A stretch of 64,000 nt of DNA, taken from Squalus acanthias. Its lineage: Eukaryota. The notes under the pieces are model-generated. The model was not told where the DNA came from and searched no databases. It saw only the letters and a list, made by a program, of their open reading frames with translations. Of this stretch, positions 1 to 11,365 are shown one piece after another. Both the position numbers and the translations under genes were made by a program. The stretch covers positions 128,404,001 through 128,468,000 of the forward strand of contig CM059431.1 in NCBI GenBank assembly GCA_030390025.1. Reading direction: 5' to 3'. Position 1 is the stretch's first letter, and each line of letters starts with the position of its first letter.

Positions 1-750
1 ACAATACATAGCACAGTTAAAAAGTCAGGTTGCTTAACATCTAAGGCAATAGTTTTCTTTTGAGCTTTTGTGTGTTGTACCTTTAATAAGGATATTGTAG
101 ATGGAATACAATGTGGAGAAGTGTGGAAATTATCCACTTTGTTAGGAAAAATAGAAAAGCAGAATATGTTTAAATTGGTGAGAGACTGGGAATTCAGAGG
201 GATCTGGATGTCCTTGTACACGAATCACAGAAAGTTAACATGCACGTACAGCAAGCAATTAGGAAAGCAAATAGTATGTTAGCCTATATTACAAACAGAT
301 TGGAGTAAAAGAATAGGGAAGTCTTACTACAGTTATACAGGGCCTTGGTGAGATCACACCTGGAGTACTGTGTGCAGTTTTGGTCTCCTTACCTATGGAA
401 GGATATATTTGCCTTTGAGGGAGTGCAATGAAGGTTCATTAGACTGATTCCTGGGATGAGGGGATTGTCCTGTGGAGAGATTGAGTAGACTAGGCTTATA
501 TTCTCTAGAGTTTAGGAGAATGAGAGGTGATCTGATTGAAATATAAAAAATTCTTAAGGGGCTTGACAGGGTAGATGCTGGGAGGATGTTTCCCATGACT
601 GGGGAGTCTAGAACTGGCGGTCACAGTCTCAGAATAAGGGGTTGGCCATTTAGGACTAAGTTGAGGAGAAATTTCTTCACGCAAAGGGTGGAGCATCTTT
701 GGAATTATCTACACCAGAGGGCTGTGGATACTCAGTCGATGAGTATATTC

Positions 751-1483
751 ATAGACTCATAGAATCATAGAATGGTTACAGCACAGTAGGAGGCCATTCA
801 GCCCGTCGAGCCCGTGCCGGCTCTCTGCAAGAGCAATTCGGCTAGTCCCACACCCCCGCCCTTTTCCGTAGCCTTGCAATTTTTTTTCCTTCAGGTACAA
901 TTCCCTTTTGAAAGCCATGATTGAATCTGCCTCCACTACCCTTTCAGGCAGTGCATTCCAGATCATAACCACTCGCAGTGTAAATTTTTTTTTCCTCATG
1001 TCGCCTTTGGATCTTCTGCCAATCACCTTAAATCTGTGTCCTCTGGTTCTCGACCCTTCCACCAATGGGAACAGTTTATCTCTATCTACTCTGTCTAGAC
1101 CCCTCACGATTTTGAACACATCTATCAAATCTCCTCTCAATCTTCTCTGCTCCAAGGAGAACAACCCCAGCTTCTCCAATCTATCCACATAACTGAAGTC
1201 CCTCATCCCTGGAACCATTCTTGTAAATCTTTCCTGCACCCTCTCTAAGGCCTTCACATCCTTCCTAAAATGTGGTGCCCAGAATTGGACACAATACTCC
1301 AGTTGTGGCTGAACCAGTGTTTTATACAGGTTCCTCATAACTTCCTTGCTTTTGTATTCTATGCCTCTATTTATAAAGCCCAGGAACCCGTATGCTTTTT
1401 TAACCGCTTTCTCAACCTGCCCTGCCACCTTCAACGATTTGTGCACATATACCCCCGGTCTCTCTGTTCCTGCACCCTCTTTC
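751..1483 (-). mobile_element. 5'-truncated CR1 LINE
   Basis: ORF 757..1488(-) contains [23 protein letters not shown]...RGDLI. The reverse-complement (ATTCTATG)n tail reads catagaatcatagaat at ~757-773. Confidence 0.9.
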
Positions 1484-1666
1484 CACATAATAGGCTTGTC
1501 AGCAAAGTTGAAGCCTATGGAATAAAAGGGACATTGGCAGCATGGATACGAAATTGGCTAAGTGACAGGAAACAGAGAGTAGTGGTGAACGGTTGTTTTT
1601 CAGACTGGAGGAAGATATACAGTGTTCCCCAGGGACCGGTACTAGGAGCACTGCTTTTCTTAATAT
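1484..1666 (+). mobile_element. Short CR1 RT segment in the opposite orientation (possible inverted 5' part of the 751-1483 insertion)
   Basis: Encodes PHNRLVSKVEAYGIKG...WLSDRKQRVVVNG...SVPQG.VLG, which lies upstream in RT of the adjacent minus-strand piece. Confidence 0.8.
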
Positions 1667-2791
1667 TTTCAAGACTGAGAGTGATAGATTTTTGAGCACT
1701 AAGGGAATCAAGAGATATGGGGATAGGACGGGAAAGTGGACTTGATATAAATGTTCAGCCATGATCTTACTAATGGCGAAGCAAGCTCGAAAGGTCATAT
1801 GGCCTACTGCTGCTCCTATTTTTTTATGTTCTTATGTTCTCAATAGTCTTAGTAATGTCCTTCTAATGTGATGATCAACACATTCTCGTTATTTTTATTT
1901 AATACGTAACTGGTTAACCGATTAAACCACCTTGTAAATTCTCTTCAGTGAGTCTGCACGACATTATCTGGTCTTTGTCCATTGTTACTTTCACGTTTTG
2001 TACCTTACTATCTCAACTTTTGTGATACCCTCTCTCTTATTGTCTTGTATTTAGTCAGTCTTCTGCCTATCTGGCTCGGTGCCAAGAACACACCATGTCT
2101 GTCCTTGCAGATTATTAGTATAGTTTGTTCACAGGTTCTACACTTCTCGTGAATATGACCTATTAGAACCTGCTTATATTACAGATTCTTGTTCGAATAA
2201 GTTATTGAGAGACGTTTGATAAAGTTACTAGAATTCTTAGGGTCTTCCCCACCTAGCCTACCTCTGGCTACATTGCTTTTCTCTGCATCTAACCCCTGCT
2301 GTACCTGACCTGGGATTGTTTGATGGGACAGTGTACAGGGAGCTTAAATCATTATTGCCAATGATGCCCCCTCCAATTATTGTCCGATGGTCCCACCTGT
2401 TGATACCCCTAATGATCTCTACACATTGCCTCTGATGCCCCTTCCTGTTACAGGGAATAGACTGGTTTCAGAACACAGAGGAGCTTGTAATATCCCTGCC
2501 TCAAGCCAACACCATTCCTTCAAAATGCCTCTCACTGCCAAAGCAAGAGGGATACACAATGCCTGATATACAAAGAGAGGAAGACTTTGGGGTGTATAAA
2601 GCAAGATGTGGGCATGGGGGCCATTGAATAGTGGGACCTCATATTATGAGGATAGGAGGGAGAATTCAAAAGGGGTCATTTTGGGAGTCCGTGATCTCTG
2701 TATGGAGTCTCAATACAAGGGAGCAGGGCCGGAAAGAGGACTGAATTCAACCTGCATTCATCCCCAGTGAGACTGCACAACCGGATCAGAA

Positions 2792-3655
2792 ATAACAACA
2801 GAAAATGCTGGAAACACTCAGCAGGTCAGGCAGCATCCATGGAGAGAGAAACAGAGTTAATGGGCCAGAAATTCGGCTGTTGTCGGGTGAGTACACGTTG
2901 TGTACTCACCCGTAAGGCCACCTGAAGTGCCGGTTTCCTGCATGCGCTGCGCATGCGCGGGAAAGCGGAACTTCCGTTCCCCTGAAGGGAGGAGTTCAGA
3001 AGTCAAACGCGTGCGTGGAAGAGGCTGCGCGCATGCAGCGAACTTCAGTTTTTTTTTCAGGTTTCTCCGGGAAGGTAAGTATGAAGAAGCTGCACTTTTA
3101 AAAAGGAGGCACAAGGCCTGTTTTTAACAAGGTAAGTGGTTCATTAATTACAATTTAAAAATTTTTTCAACAGGTTTATCTTTTTTAGATCCTTTAAAGA
3201 AAGGTAAGTTTATTTTTAGCACCGTTAAAAAGCATAATTAATTTTTTCAAAAATTTTAATTTTGTTTAAAATAGTTAATTTATTTAACTTATAGTTATTT
3301 AAAAAATGTGACTTAAAAAAAAAATTATTTGAAGTTTAAGTGTGGTTTTGGGGCCGATCTCTATTCATAGATTTGACAGGTCTTCCTGTCAAATCTATGA
3401 ATGAAAATGCCTTGCTAGGATTGGCTCTCCATGGCCCACGTGCTCCCAGGGGACGCTTCGAACTAACTGCGCCCCTGGGATACACAAGCACTGCGCGCCG
3501 GCAGCTGCAGGAGGCCCAGGACCCGAAGTCCTCGTGGGCCCAAAGCACAACAGCAGGCGCGGCAGGCAAGTACGTGCGTGATGCTTGCACCCGCAGGAAG
3601 CCGGAAAGCTGAATTTCTGGCCCAATATGTTTCAGGTCGATGACCCTCAGAAACA
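2792..3655 (-). mobile_element. Short Penelope-like terminal (pLTR/SINE-like) fragment, 2792-2861 + 3624-3655, split by a MITE
   Basis: acagaaaatgctggaaacactcagcaggtcaggcagcatc...gagaaacagagttaat|...|atgtttcaggtcgatgacc closely matches the end of the longer PLE copy at 11366 (the 4717 copy has a deletion here). Confidence 0.8.
2862..3623 (+). mobile_element. Non-autonomous Harbinger-type MITE, ~760-bp family, copy 1
   Basis: TIRs GGGCCAGAAATTC / GAATTTCTGGCCC. 3-bp TSD AAT at 2859-2861 and 3624-3626. Homologous copies at 10598 and 45400. Confidence 0.9.
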
Positions 3656-3659
3656 GATC

Positions 3660-3870
3660 ATGGCCTGGTCATGTGACTGTATAATACCATGAGTGGGAGG
3701 GGCTTGGGCTGCTTTGTGACATAGTTCTTGGTTGCTGTGTGATTGGCTCCAGGCTCCTGGCTCCTTTATGATGTTACCTGGAGACAGGGTCCCTGGTTAC
3801 ATATTATCAGTGGATTTACTGTGGGTGGAGCTGGAGTTGGCAACTGACACTGAGTGAGTGAGTTTATTCC
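3660..3870 (+). promoter_or_regulatory. Promoter-like motif cluster of array unit B (homologues at ~13170-13350 and ~27435-27612)
   Basis: GGTCATGTGAC (E-box/M-box-like), GGGAGGGGC (GC-box-like), ATTGG (reverse CCAAT) and TGATGT(C/T)A, followed by GTGAGT donors. Order is conserved in three copies. Function is inferred. Confidence 0.45.
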
Positions 3871-4309
3871 CTATAAATAGGGGAAAAGAAAGAAAAGAAC
3901 AATTTAATATTCAAGTAAGTAATACAACCAAATGTCATTAATTACAAATATATTCGAAGTAAATATAATCATTGTCCATTTTATTCCAGATTCTAGAATT
4001 AATAGTAATCAATTTAATACTAAAAGTTTCTTGGAGTGATCAGTATCTCAGGAAGGTGGAGAGAGAGAAGTCGAATTGTCACCACACTAACCAGGACTGG
4101 AGAAACATCGCTGGGTTCACAGAGCAGATCTGGTGGGACCAAGACCTCCAGTGTCAAAGACGGTATAAAACGGGAAGCTTCAACAATGACTGGAAAGATG
4201 AGGAAGTCTATTGAGAATCTCTTCGATTTTGCCGAGGCGAGAGTCCAACCAGATACTGGCTGCTGTTCAACAGCTGCCATAAGGCTCGGCCTTTTATGAA
4301 GCAAGTTGA

Positions 4310-4590
4310 ACAGAGCTTAACTCGTATGTAAACAGTGCCCATACCTCACCTGGGAGTGCTTGACACTTACATGTAGAGGGAATTATATTCTGTTTTCATC
4401 CCATGCTGTACCTGAACTGGTGTGCTACATTGGATTGTGTCAAGGGAGCTGTATGCTGCATTGAACTCATTCTGTATCTGTGTTGGCTGTGTTTATTGCA
4501 CCAATTTAGAGATAGCTTTACACTGCATCTAACCCGTGCTGTACCTGACCTGGGAGTGTTTGATTGGACAGTGTAAAGGGAGCTATCCCA
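4310..4590. repeat. Degenerate ~65-bp tandem repeat inside each array unit (also ~2283-2345, 14335-14600, 28075-28345)
   Basis: Repeated diverged copies of cccgtgctgtacctgacctgggagtgtttgatgggacagtgtagagggagcttt. Confidence 0.7.
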
Positions 4591-5382
4591 ATATTGCCCA
4601 CGATGTGCACTCCTATTATTGCTCCGGTCCCACCACCTGATAACCCTGATGGTCACTCCAATTATTGCCTTGTTACAGGGAATAGACTGGCTTCAGAACA
4701 CAGAAGAGTTTGTAATATAAAAGCAAAACACTGCAGATGCTGGAAATCTGAACGGCAGCATTTGTGCAGAGAGAAACTGAGTTAACGTTTCAGGTCGATG
4801 ACATTTTGTCAGAACTGGAAAAGATTAGAGACATAACAGATTTTAAGCAAGTACAGAGGCAGGGAAAGGGGGAATGGAAGGAAAGAACAAAAGGTAAGGT
4901 CTGTGACAGTGTGGAAGGCAGGAGAGATTAAATGACAGAAGGATTGATGGTGCAAGGCAAAATGAGATGGTAATGGGACAAGTAAAGAAACAAAAGATAG
5001 TTCTAGAGGAGTTGTAAATGGGTCTATCTGAATCATCAGCAACAGCTAACGTCCGAAAAAATGGGGACAGACGTTATGATCTGAAATTGTTGAACTCAGT
5101 GATGAGTCCAGAGCTGGAATTTTCTTTACCTGGGCGGTCGGGTGCAGGCGTTCGCTGTGGCAGGTCGTGACCCTGTTGTTGCTTTCATCCCACTGCAGAA
5201 ATTGGCTTTGCACTAATGGAGCCTATTAAGCCCGCCCTACGCATTACGCAGCCCTATTAATGGTGCAGATCTGATGACGTCATCCATGACGCGGTTTCAG
5301 CTGGGCTATTTAAAGGAGCCATGGCCACATTGCATTTGAAGGTTCATCTAGGAGTGTGCAGTCACTGCATTGGAGGCTTTGA

Positions 5383-7770
5383 TTGCTCCAAGCAGTTGGA
5401 GACAGGACTGCACAGTGGCAGACGGTTGCACCCAGGTTCTCAGATGACTCCCTCCATATGCTTGTGGAGGGAGTCAGAGCATGCAGGGAGCTCCTCTTCC
5501 CTTCAAATGGGCAGAATATACCTCCTCAGGAGACAAAAAGAGCCTGGCTCCAAATTGCAGAGGAGGTCAACAGTAGGGATGTGTTCAGGAGGACCTGGGT
5601 GCAGTGCTGGAAATGTTTCAATGATCTCATTCAATCAGGAAAGGTGAGTACAAAGCCACACTCAACTTCATCCTGCTGTGCCTCTCATCACATCCCCATC
5701 ACTCTGCCTTCCCAACCCTGCTCCTGCCCATCCTTACTCACACCAACATACCTTGCACATCGTAGGAAGTATAGGGAGGTCACTTATTACTTGGAGGGTG
5801 TGAGTCTGGGTGGGGTAGAGGAGCAAAGGGATCTCGGAGTACAAATACACAGTCACTGAAAGTAGCAACACACATTAACAAGGCCATTAAAAAAGCAAAC
5901 CAGGCAATAGGATTTATTTCTAGAGGGATAGAATTGAAAAGTAGTGAAGTTATGCTAAATTTGTATCGAACCTTGGTAAGACCATATTTGGAGTACTGCA
6001 TACAATTCTGGTCGCCATATTATAAAAAGGATATAGAGACACTGGAGAGGGTGCAGAGAAGATTTACAAGGATGATACCAGAAATGCGAGGGTATACCTA
6101 TCAGTAAAGGATGAATAGGCTGGGTCTCTTTTCGCTTGAAAAAAGAAGGCTGAGGGGTGACCTAAGAGAATGTTTCCACTTGTGGGGAAGAGTATAGCTA
6201 GAGGCCATCAATATAAGGTAGTCACCAAGAAATCAAATTGGGAATTCAATGTAGTTCCCCCCTCCCTCTTTCTCTATCTACATTATCACATCCCCAACTT
6301 ACTAGCCACCCCTCACACTCACCCTCATCCTAATGCAATCATACCAACTAAGAACACATAAGGAGGCCACTTGGCATTGTCACCCTATTCTATCATAGTT
6401 TCCCTCTAAGGATGTAACCCATCCATTCCTTACACTCATTCCATCACTCTCACTCAAACTTCTCTTCTTTAACTTCTTGCAGAAGAGAGCGCACAATAAG
6501 AGGGAGAGGGAGAGAACCGGAGGTGGACCTCCATCATTTGCCACACTCACAACAGCAGAGGAGGCTGCGTTGGAAGTCTCGGGAGTGGCCGAGCAGCTGG
6601 AGGTGGGAGACGGAGAGAGGGGGACATCTCAACAACCTGGTGACAGATTAACATATCATACAGTTACATGGAGTAAATCAGTCACTCATGTGGGGATTGA
6701 TATTATCAGCCACTGAATGGTCATCATGTGCAAAATGGTATCTGTACCCATTCTTCATATGACATATCTAACTCCTCTCTTTACTCTCCCACAGGTCCAT
6801 CAAGACCCCCCCGCCAACTGTCCAGGAGGAAAAGGAAGATGATTCCTCAGAGGCGCCTCCAGCTTCTGATGGCGCAGCATCACCAGACGTAAGCGCACCC
6901 AGCACCAGCGCAGATACGCACACCTCGGTGGGTCTCACGCGGGATAGAGTAGTGTTGTGTCACAAGTCACAAGTGAGCAAGAGCAGATGCTGGAGACAGG
7001 GACAGCAGTGGAGAGTCCTCACCAGAGGGCGCAGGACACTCCTAGCTCTGCTCACCTGCATGCAGACGCTGAGCCTCGGGGGCCATCCAGAAAGAGGGCG
7101 ATGCTGGAGGTGCAGCAAGAAGTGCAGGAGGCTTTGACAGGTTTTGCGAGCGTGATATCTGCATATGTTCAGAGAATGGAGGAGTCCATCTCCAACATGA
7201 GCACCACCGTGTCGCAGGTGATGGTGACTGTAGGCTCTTCCATGGATAGGATGGCCACCTGCATGGAGCAGCTAATGCGCCACTCACAGGAGTACATGGT
7301 CTCTATGGAGAATAGATGGCTATCTATGGGGAATAGATGGCTATCTATGGAGCATAGAAGGCAGAGGCTCATATACTTCTGCTCTAGGAGGGATGTCAGC
7401 GTGGACATGGGTCCTCATGGCCCCACTGCTGTGCAACAAGGTGTTCTCCAGCTCCTTGCTAGCAGGGAAGTGTAGGTGGCCCATGAGAGGGATGATGGTA
7501 AGAGGGGACATGGAAGTGTGGGCTCCTCTCAGAGCACTTACACTTTTACCCCATTGCCACCCCCTCAGTCAGAGCCCCAGATGCCTCCTCGGACAGTCGC
7601 AGGAGTATCCGACTTTGGCGGGGCCATCACAGGCTCCAAAACCCAGACAACGTCCACAAAGAGTGTCTAAGCAGTCACAGCAGGGAAGTGAGCTGGCTGT
7701 CTCTACCTCTGCTGAAGCCACAGGGGTAGCACCTCATAGAAGCATGCGTAAGAGAAAGATGACACACTAG
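5383..7770 (+). pseudogene. Harbinger Myb/SANT-like DNA-binding gene, 3 exons (~5383-5643, 6483-6639, 6795-~7770)
   Basis: APRFSDDSLHMLVEGV...W.QIAEEVN...RTWVQCWKCFNDL is a trihelix Myb_DNA-bind_5 motif. Donor AAG|GTGAGT, acceptor ttcttgcag, exon 2 KRAHNKRERERTGGGPP, acceptor ctcccacag. Exon 3 has frameshifts. Confidence 0.85.
5753..6250 (+). mobile_element. CR1 RT fragment inserted in intron 1 of the H1 Myb gene
   Basis: EQRDLGVQIH..., RPYLEYCIQFWSPYYKKDI..LERVQRRFTRMIP. Confidence 0.85.
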
Positions 7771-8089
7771 TAGATTCCCAAGGGTAGCCACTTGGTTGTT
7801 TTATTCAATGTTAATGTCAAGTTTCCCTTAATGTATTGTCAACCATAAAAATCTTTATTTTCACCACTTTCTGGTCTTGGACATATTTATGTGCACCTTT
7901 GGAAATGGCTTAGTGAGTTGCAGTGAATGATGAGACATAACGGTACCTCCAGCAATGGTGGTCAGTGTGAAAGGAATGGCTTGGTCATTGTAGGGTGTTG
8001 CTGTGGTGTGGTGCCAACCTGGCGCAGCATGTGGCAGTCATATGGGTGTACTGCGTAAAGTTAAGTAAATCTGGCCATGATAAGGCCAT

Positions 8090-9281
8090 CCTGGCCTCTC
8101 GTGCAGCAATGTGCTCAGGTGCAGGTGGGATCTGGCCCACAGGTTCCTCCAGCTCCTGCTCCTCCTCATCTTCCAGCTGATGCTCCTCCTCCTCCTCCTG
8201 CTCCTCCTCCTCTGAAGAGGCTGTGTGCTCAGTGCCTTGCTCCTCATGCAGCGCTAATCTTCGCTGCTGCGCTATGTTGTGCAGACCATGTCGATTCTGG
8301 AGACCCTGGCTGGTGCGTACTGAAGAGCTCCTCCAGATCTGTCAAGGCATCTGAAGGACATCTTGAGCATGCCTATTGTCTGCTCTATGACACATCTGGT
8401 GGACATGTGGCTTTCATTAAATCTCTCCTCGGCCTCAGTACTTGGCCTCCTCAAGGGTGTCATGAGCCACGTCTTCAGTGGATAGCCCTTGTCTCCAAGC
8501 AGCCAGCCGGAAAGTCTGTTTGGAGGAGCGAAGAGCTGAGGGAGGATGGACTGGCAAAGGACGAACGAGTCATGGCAGCTGCCAGAGAATTTGGCGCACA
8601 CATGCATGATGATCTTCCTGTGGTTGCAGACCAGCTGCACATTGAGGGAGTAGAAGCCCTTGCTGTTGGCAAAGGCTCCTGGGTTATGATGGGTTGCCCT
8701 GATGGCCACATGTGTGCAGTCGATGATGCCCTGCACCAGTGGGAAGCCAGCCAGAGTGGCAAAGCCGAGCGCCCGCTCAGTAACATTGGCTTCATCAGTG
8801 GCAAAGTTGATATAATTGGCTGACTTGTCAAACCGGGCATCGGTGACCTGTGTGATGCATTTGTGGGTGGCCGACTGCGAAATGCCAAAATTGCCTGCTG
8901 CAGATCCCTGGAAGGAGCCTGAGGCGAAGACGCTGGTGACTTTGACAGCCACTAGTAAGGTGTGTCCACCCATTCCTCTGGGCTGCAGGTCTTGCTCCAG
9001 CAATGTGCAAATGTCTGCGATGACCTGGCGCGATAGCCTGAGCCTCCTTTGGCACTGCTGCTCAGTCATGTTGAGGAAGCTCATCCTCTGCCTGTATACC
9101 CTGTGTTGCGGGTATCGCCTCTGGCGCGCTGCAGCCCTGCACTGATGCCCTCTGTCCTGTGCAGCATCGGGTTGGTGAGGAGAAGGTTAGTGGTGTTGTT
9201 GTTGGTGCTGGTGCTGCTGGTGTTGGGGCTCATCGTGGTCCAATTCTGCAGACCATATGAGACAGTATAAATGGCACGCAT
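8090..9281 (-). pseudogene. Harbinger DDE transposase (HARBI1-like, DDE_Tnp_4), frameshifted at both ends
   Basis: ORF 8272..9084(-) has [38 protein letters not shown] and [12 protein letters not shown] motifs. Confidence 0.92.
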
Positions 9282-10597
9282 GTTTATGGAATAGATGGCA
9301 GGTCAAGTAGAGATCAGAGGAGCAAGCTGTCAATGGTGTGATAGGTTGTACCAATGAGGTGAGACTGGATGGCGACTTTGCTGGAAGTACTTGCAACCTG
9401 TAGAAAGCTCAATGTGTGCTGGGAATGCAGTCAGCAACAGCTTCTGCCTGACGAAAATGATCAGCTGTGAGGTGCGAGCTTTTATAGTACATTTCATGCT
9501 GTCACCTAATCAGCTGGAGCAATGGCCAATCAACTCCCACCTCAGGCTGACAGACATGGTTCCGGAGCTGCGTGAATCCCGTGGGCAGCCAGGGAAATTT
9601 GAAAGTTAGGCTGAAAAAGGCACTTAAGGGTCTGACAAGTACCTGTTAATGATTTGAATTAGGTCACCCGCATCTGCCGGCCTGTTCGCTGATGCATCCA
9701 AGGGAAAGGCGTGTGGGGGCGTGATGATGGCTGGTTCCTGACCCGCTGCAAGATAGTTCAAATTTCCCACCCGACCTGCCTCCAATCGCGCCCGCACGGA
9801 CCACAGAAAATTCTGGCCCAGAGGCTGCAAAGTGCCTAATAGAAAGAGGAGGTGCTTACATTGAGCTTCATTGAAATAGTGTAGGAGGCCAAGAACAGAG
9901 AGGTCAGAGTGGGAGTGGTCCAGAGAATTAAAATGACAGTCGACCGTAAGCTCGGGGTCATGCTTGTGGACTGAACGGAGTTGGTCCACAAAGCGGTCAC
10001 CCAATCTGCATTTGTTCTCCCCAGTGTAGAAGAAACCGCATCGTGAGCAGCGAATACAGTATACAAAATTGAAAGAAGTACAAGTAAATCGCTGTATCAC
10101 CTGGAAGGAGTGTTTGGGGCCCTGGACGGTGGAAAGGGAGGAGGTTAAAGGACAGGTGTTGTATGTCCTGCGCTTGCACAGGAAAGTGCCGTGGGAAAGG
10201 GAGTGGATGTTGGGGGTGATAGAGGAGTAGACCAGGGTGTCGCGGAGGGAACCGCCCCTTCAGAATGCTGAAATGGGAGGGGAGGGGAAGATCTGTTTGG
10301 TGGTGGGATCACGCAGGAGGTGGCAGAAATGGCAGAGTATGATGCGTTGAATGTGGATGCTAGTGGGGTGGAAGGTGAGGACAAGCGGAACTCTATCGTG
10401 GTTTTGGGAGGAGAGAATGGGGTGAGAGCAGAAGTGCGAGAAATGGAATGGTCACAGTTGAGGACCCTGTAAACCACATTGGAGAGGAATCCTTGGTTCA
10501 GGAAGACATATTGGAAGCACTGGTATGGAAGGTGGCATCTTTGGAACAGACGTGACAGAGACGAAGAAATTGGGAGAATGGAATAGAGTCAAATAAT

Positions 10598-11362
10598 GGG
10601 CCAGAAATTCGGCTCCCTGGCTTCCCGCGGGTGCAAGGATCGCGCGCGAACCTACCTACCGCGCCTGCCGTTGACCTCTGGGCCCACGGGGACTTCGGCT
10701 CCTGGGCCTCCCCCAACCGCCAGCGCGCAGTGCTTGTGTATCCCAGGGGCGTAGTTAGTGCGATGCGTCCCCTGGGATCACGTGGGCCATGGAAAGCCAA
10801 TGGCAGCAGACCATCTTTCATTCATAGATTTGACAGGAAGACCTGTCAAATCTATGAATACAGATCGGCCCCAAAACATCCCTAAAACTACAAATATCTT
10901 TTTTTTTTAAATCACATTTTTAAAATAACTATAAATTACATTAATTAACTACTTTAAACAAAAATTTACATTTTTGAAAAAATTAATTACATTTTTTAAC
11001 GGGGCTAAAACTAAACTTACCTTTCTTTAAAGTAATTAAAAAAGATAAATCTGTGAAAAAAATGTTTAAATTTTAATAAAATCAACACTTACCTTGTTAA
11101 AAGAAGGCCTTGCGCATCCTTTTTAAAAGTGTATCTTCTCCGTGCTTACCTTCACGGAGGAACCTGTAAAAAAATCCGAAGTGCGAGGTGAACGCATTGG
11201 CCCTCTGGCGTGCGCGTTCGACCTCTGAACCCCTTTCCTCAGGGGAACGGAAGTGCCGGTTTCCTGTGCATGCGCAGTGCATGCAAGAAACCAGCACTTT
11301 CGTTCCGTCCATGGACGAGTACACAGTGCGTACTCACCCGACAACAGCCGAATTTCTGCCAA
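10598..11362 (-). mobile_element. Harbinger-type MITE, ~760-bp family, copy 2 (reverse orientation)
   Basis: GGGCCAGAAATTCGGC ... GCCGAATTTCTGCCAA with AAT flanks. Reverse complement is colinear with 2862-3623. Confidence 0.9.
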
Positions 11363-11365
11363 AAT

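Larger units (their letters stand above)
100..1840 (+). mobile_element. Degenerate CR1 LINE 3' part (RT C-terminus and 3' UTR), split by a younger CR1 inserted at ~751-1666
   Basis: Decayed CR1 RT motifs ([28 protein letters not shown]) at 350-700. The host resumes at ~1667 (gagtatattc|aagactgag) and ends in a (TTCTTATG)-type tail near 1820-1840. Confidence 0.85.
5112..9818. mobile_element. PIF/Harbinger DNA transposon H1 (autonomous-type, decayed)
   Basis: Imperfect TIRs (g)agctggaattttc / gaaaattctggcc(c). The flanking duplication reads best as CAG. Encloses a Myb/SANT gene (+) and a DDE transposase (-) in convergent orientation. Confidence 0.9.
4717..10594 (-). mobile_element. Penelope-like retroelement 3' part (4717-5111 + 9819-10594), split by Harbinger H1
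   Basis: ORF 9624..10100(-) FTCTSFNFVYCIRCSRCGFFYTGENKCRLGDRF is a GIY-YIG endonuclease with PLE Cys/His residues. The sequence is continuous across the Harbinger (gagtccag|aggctg). Confidence 0.9.

Noticed and set aside
2857..3625. Short ORFs recurring in all three MITE copies
   Set aside because: Starts, stops and frames differ between copies. They are explained by GC-rich palindromic DNA.
4339..4380. U1 snRNA-like start (atacctcacctgg; gtaccttacctgg at 28102)
   Set aside because: The downstream sequence does not follow U1. It is a degenerate copy of the ~65-bp repeat.
8272..9084. Domesticated host genes HARBI1 or NAIF1/MSANTD
   Set aside because: The ORFs lie between TIRs with TSDs, are multi-copy in the window and carry frameshifts. 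They are transposon genes.
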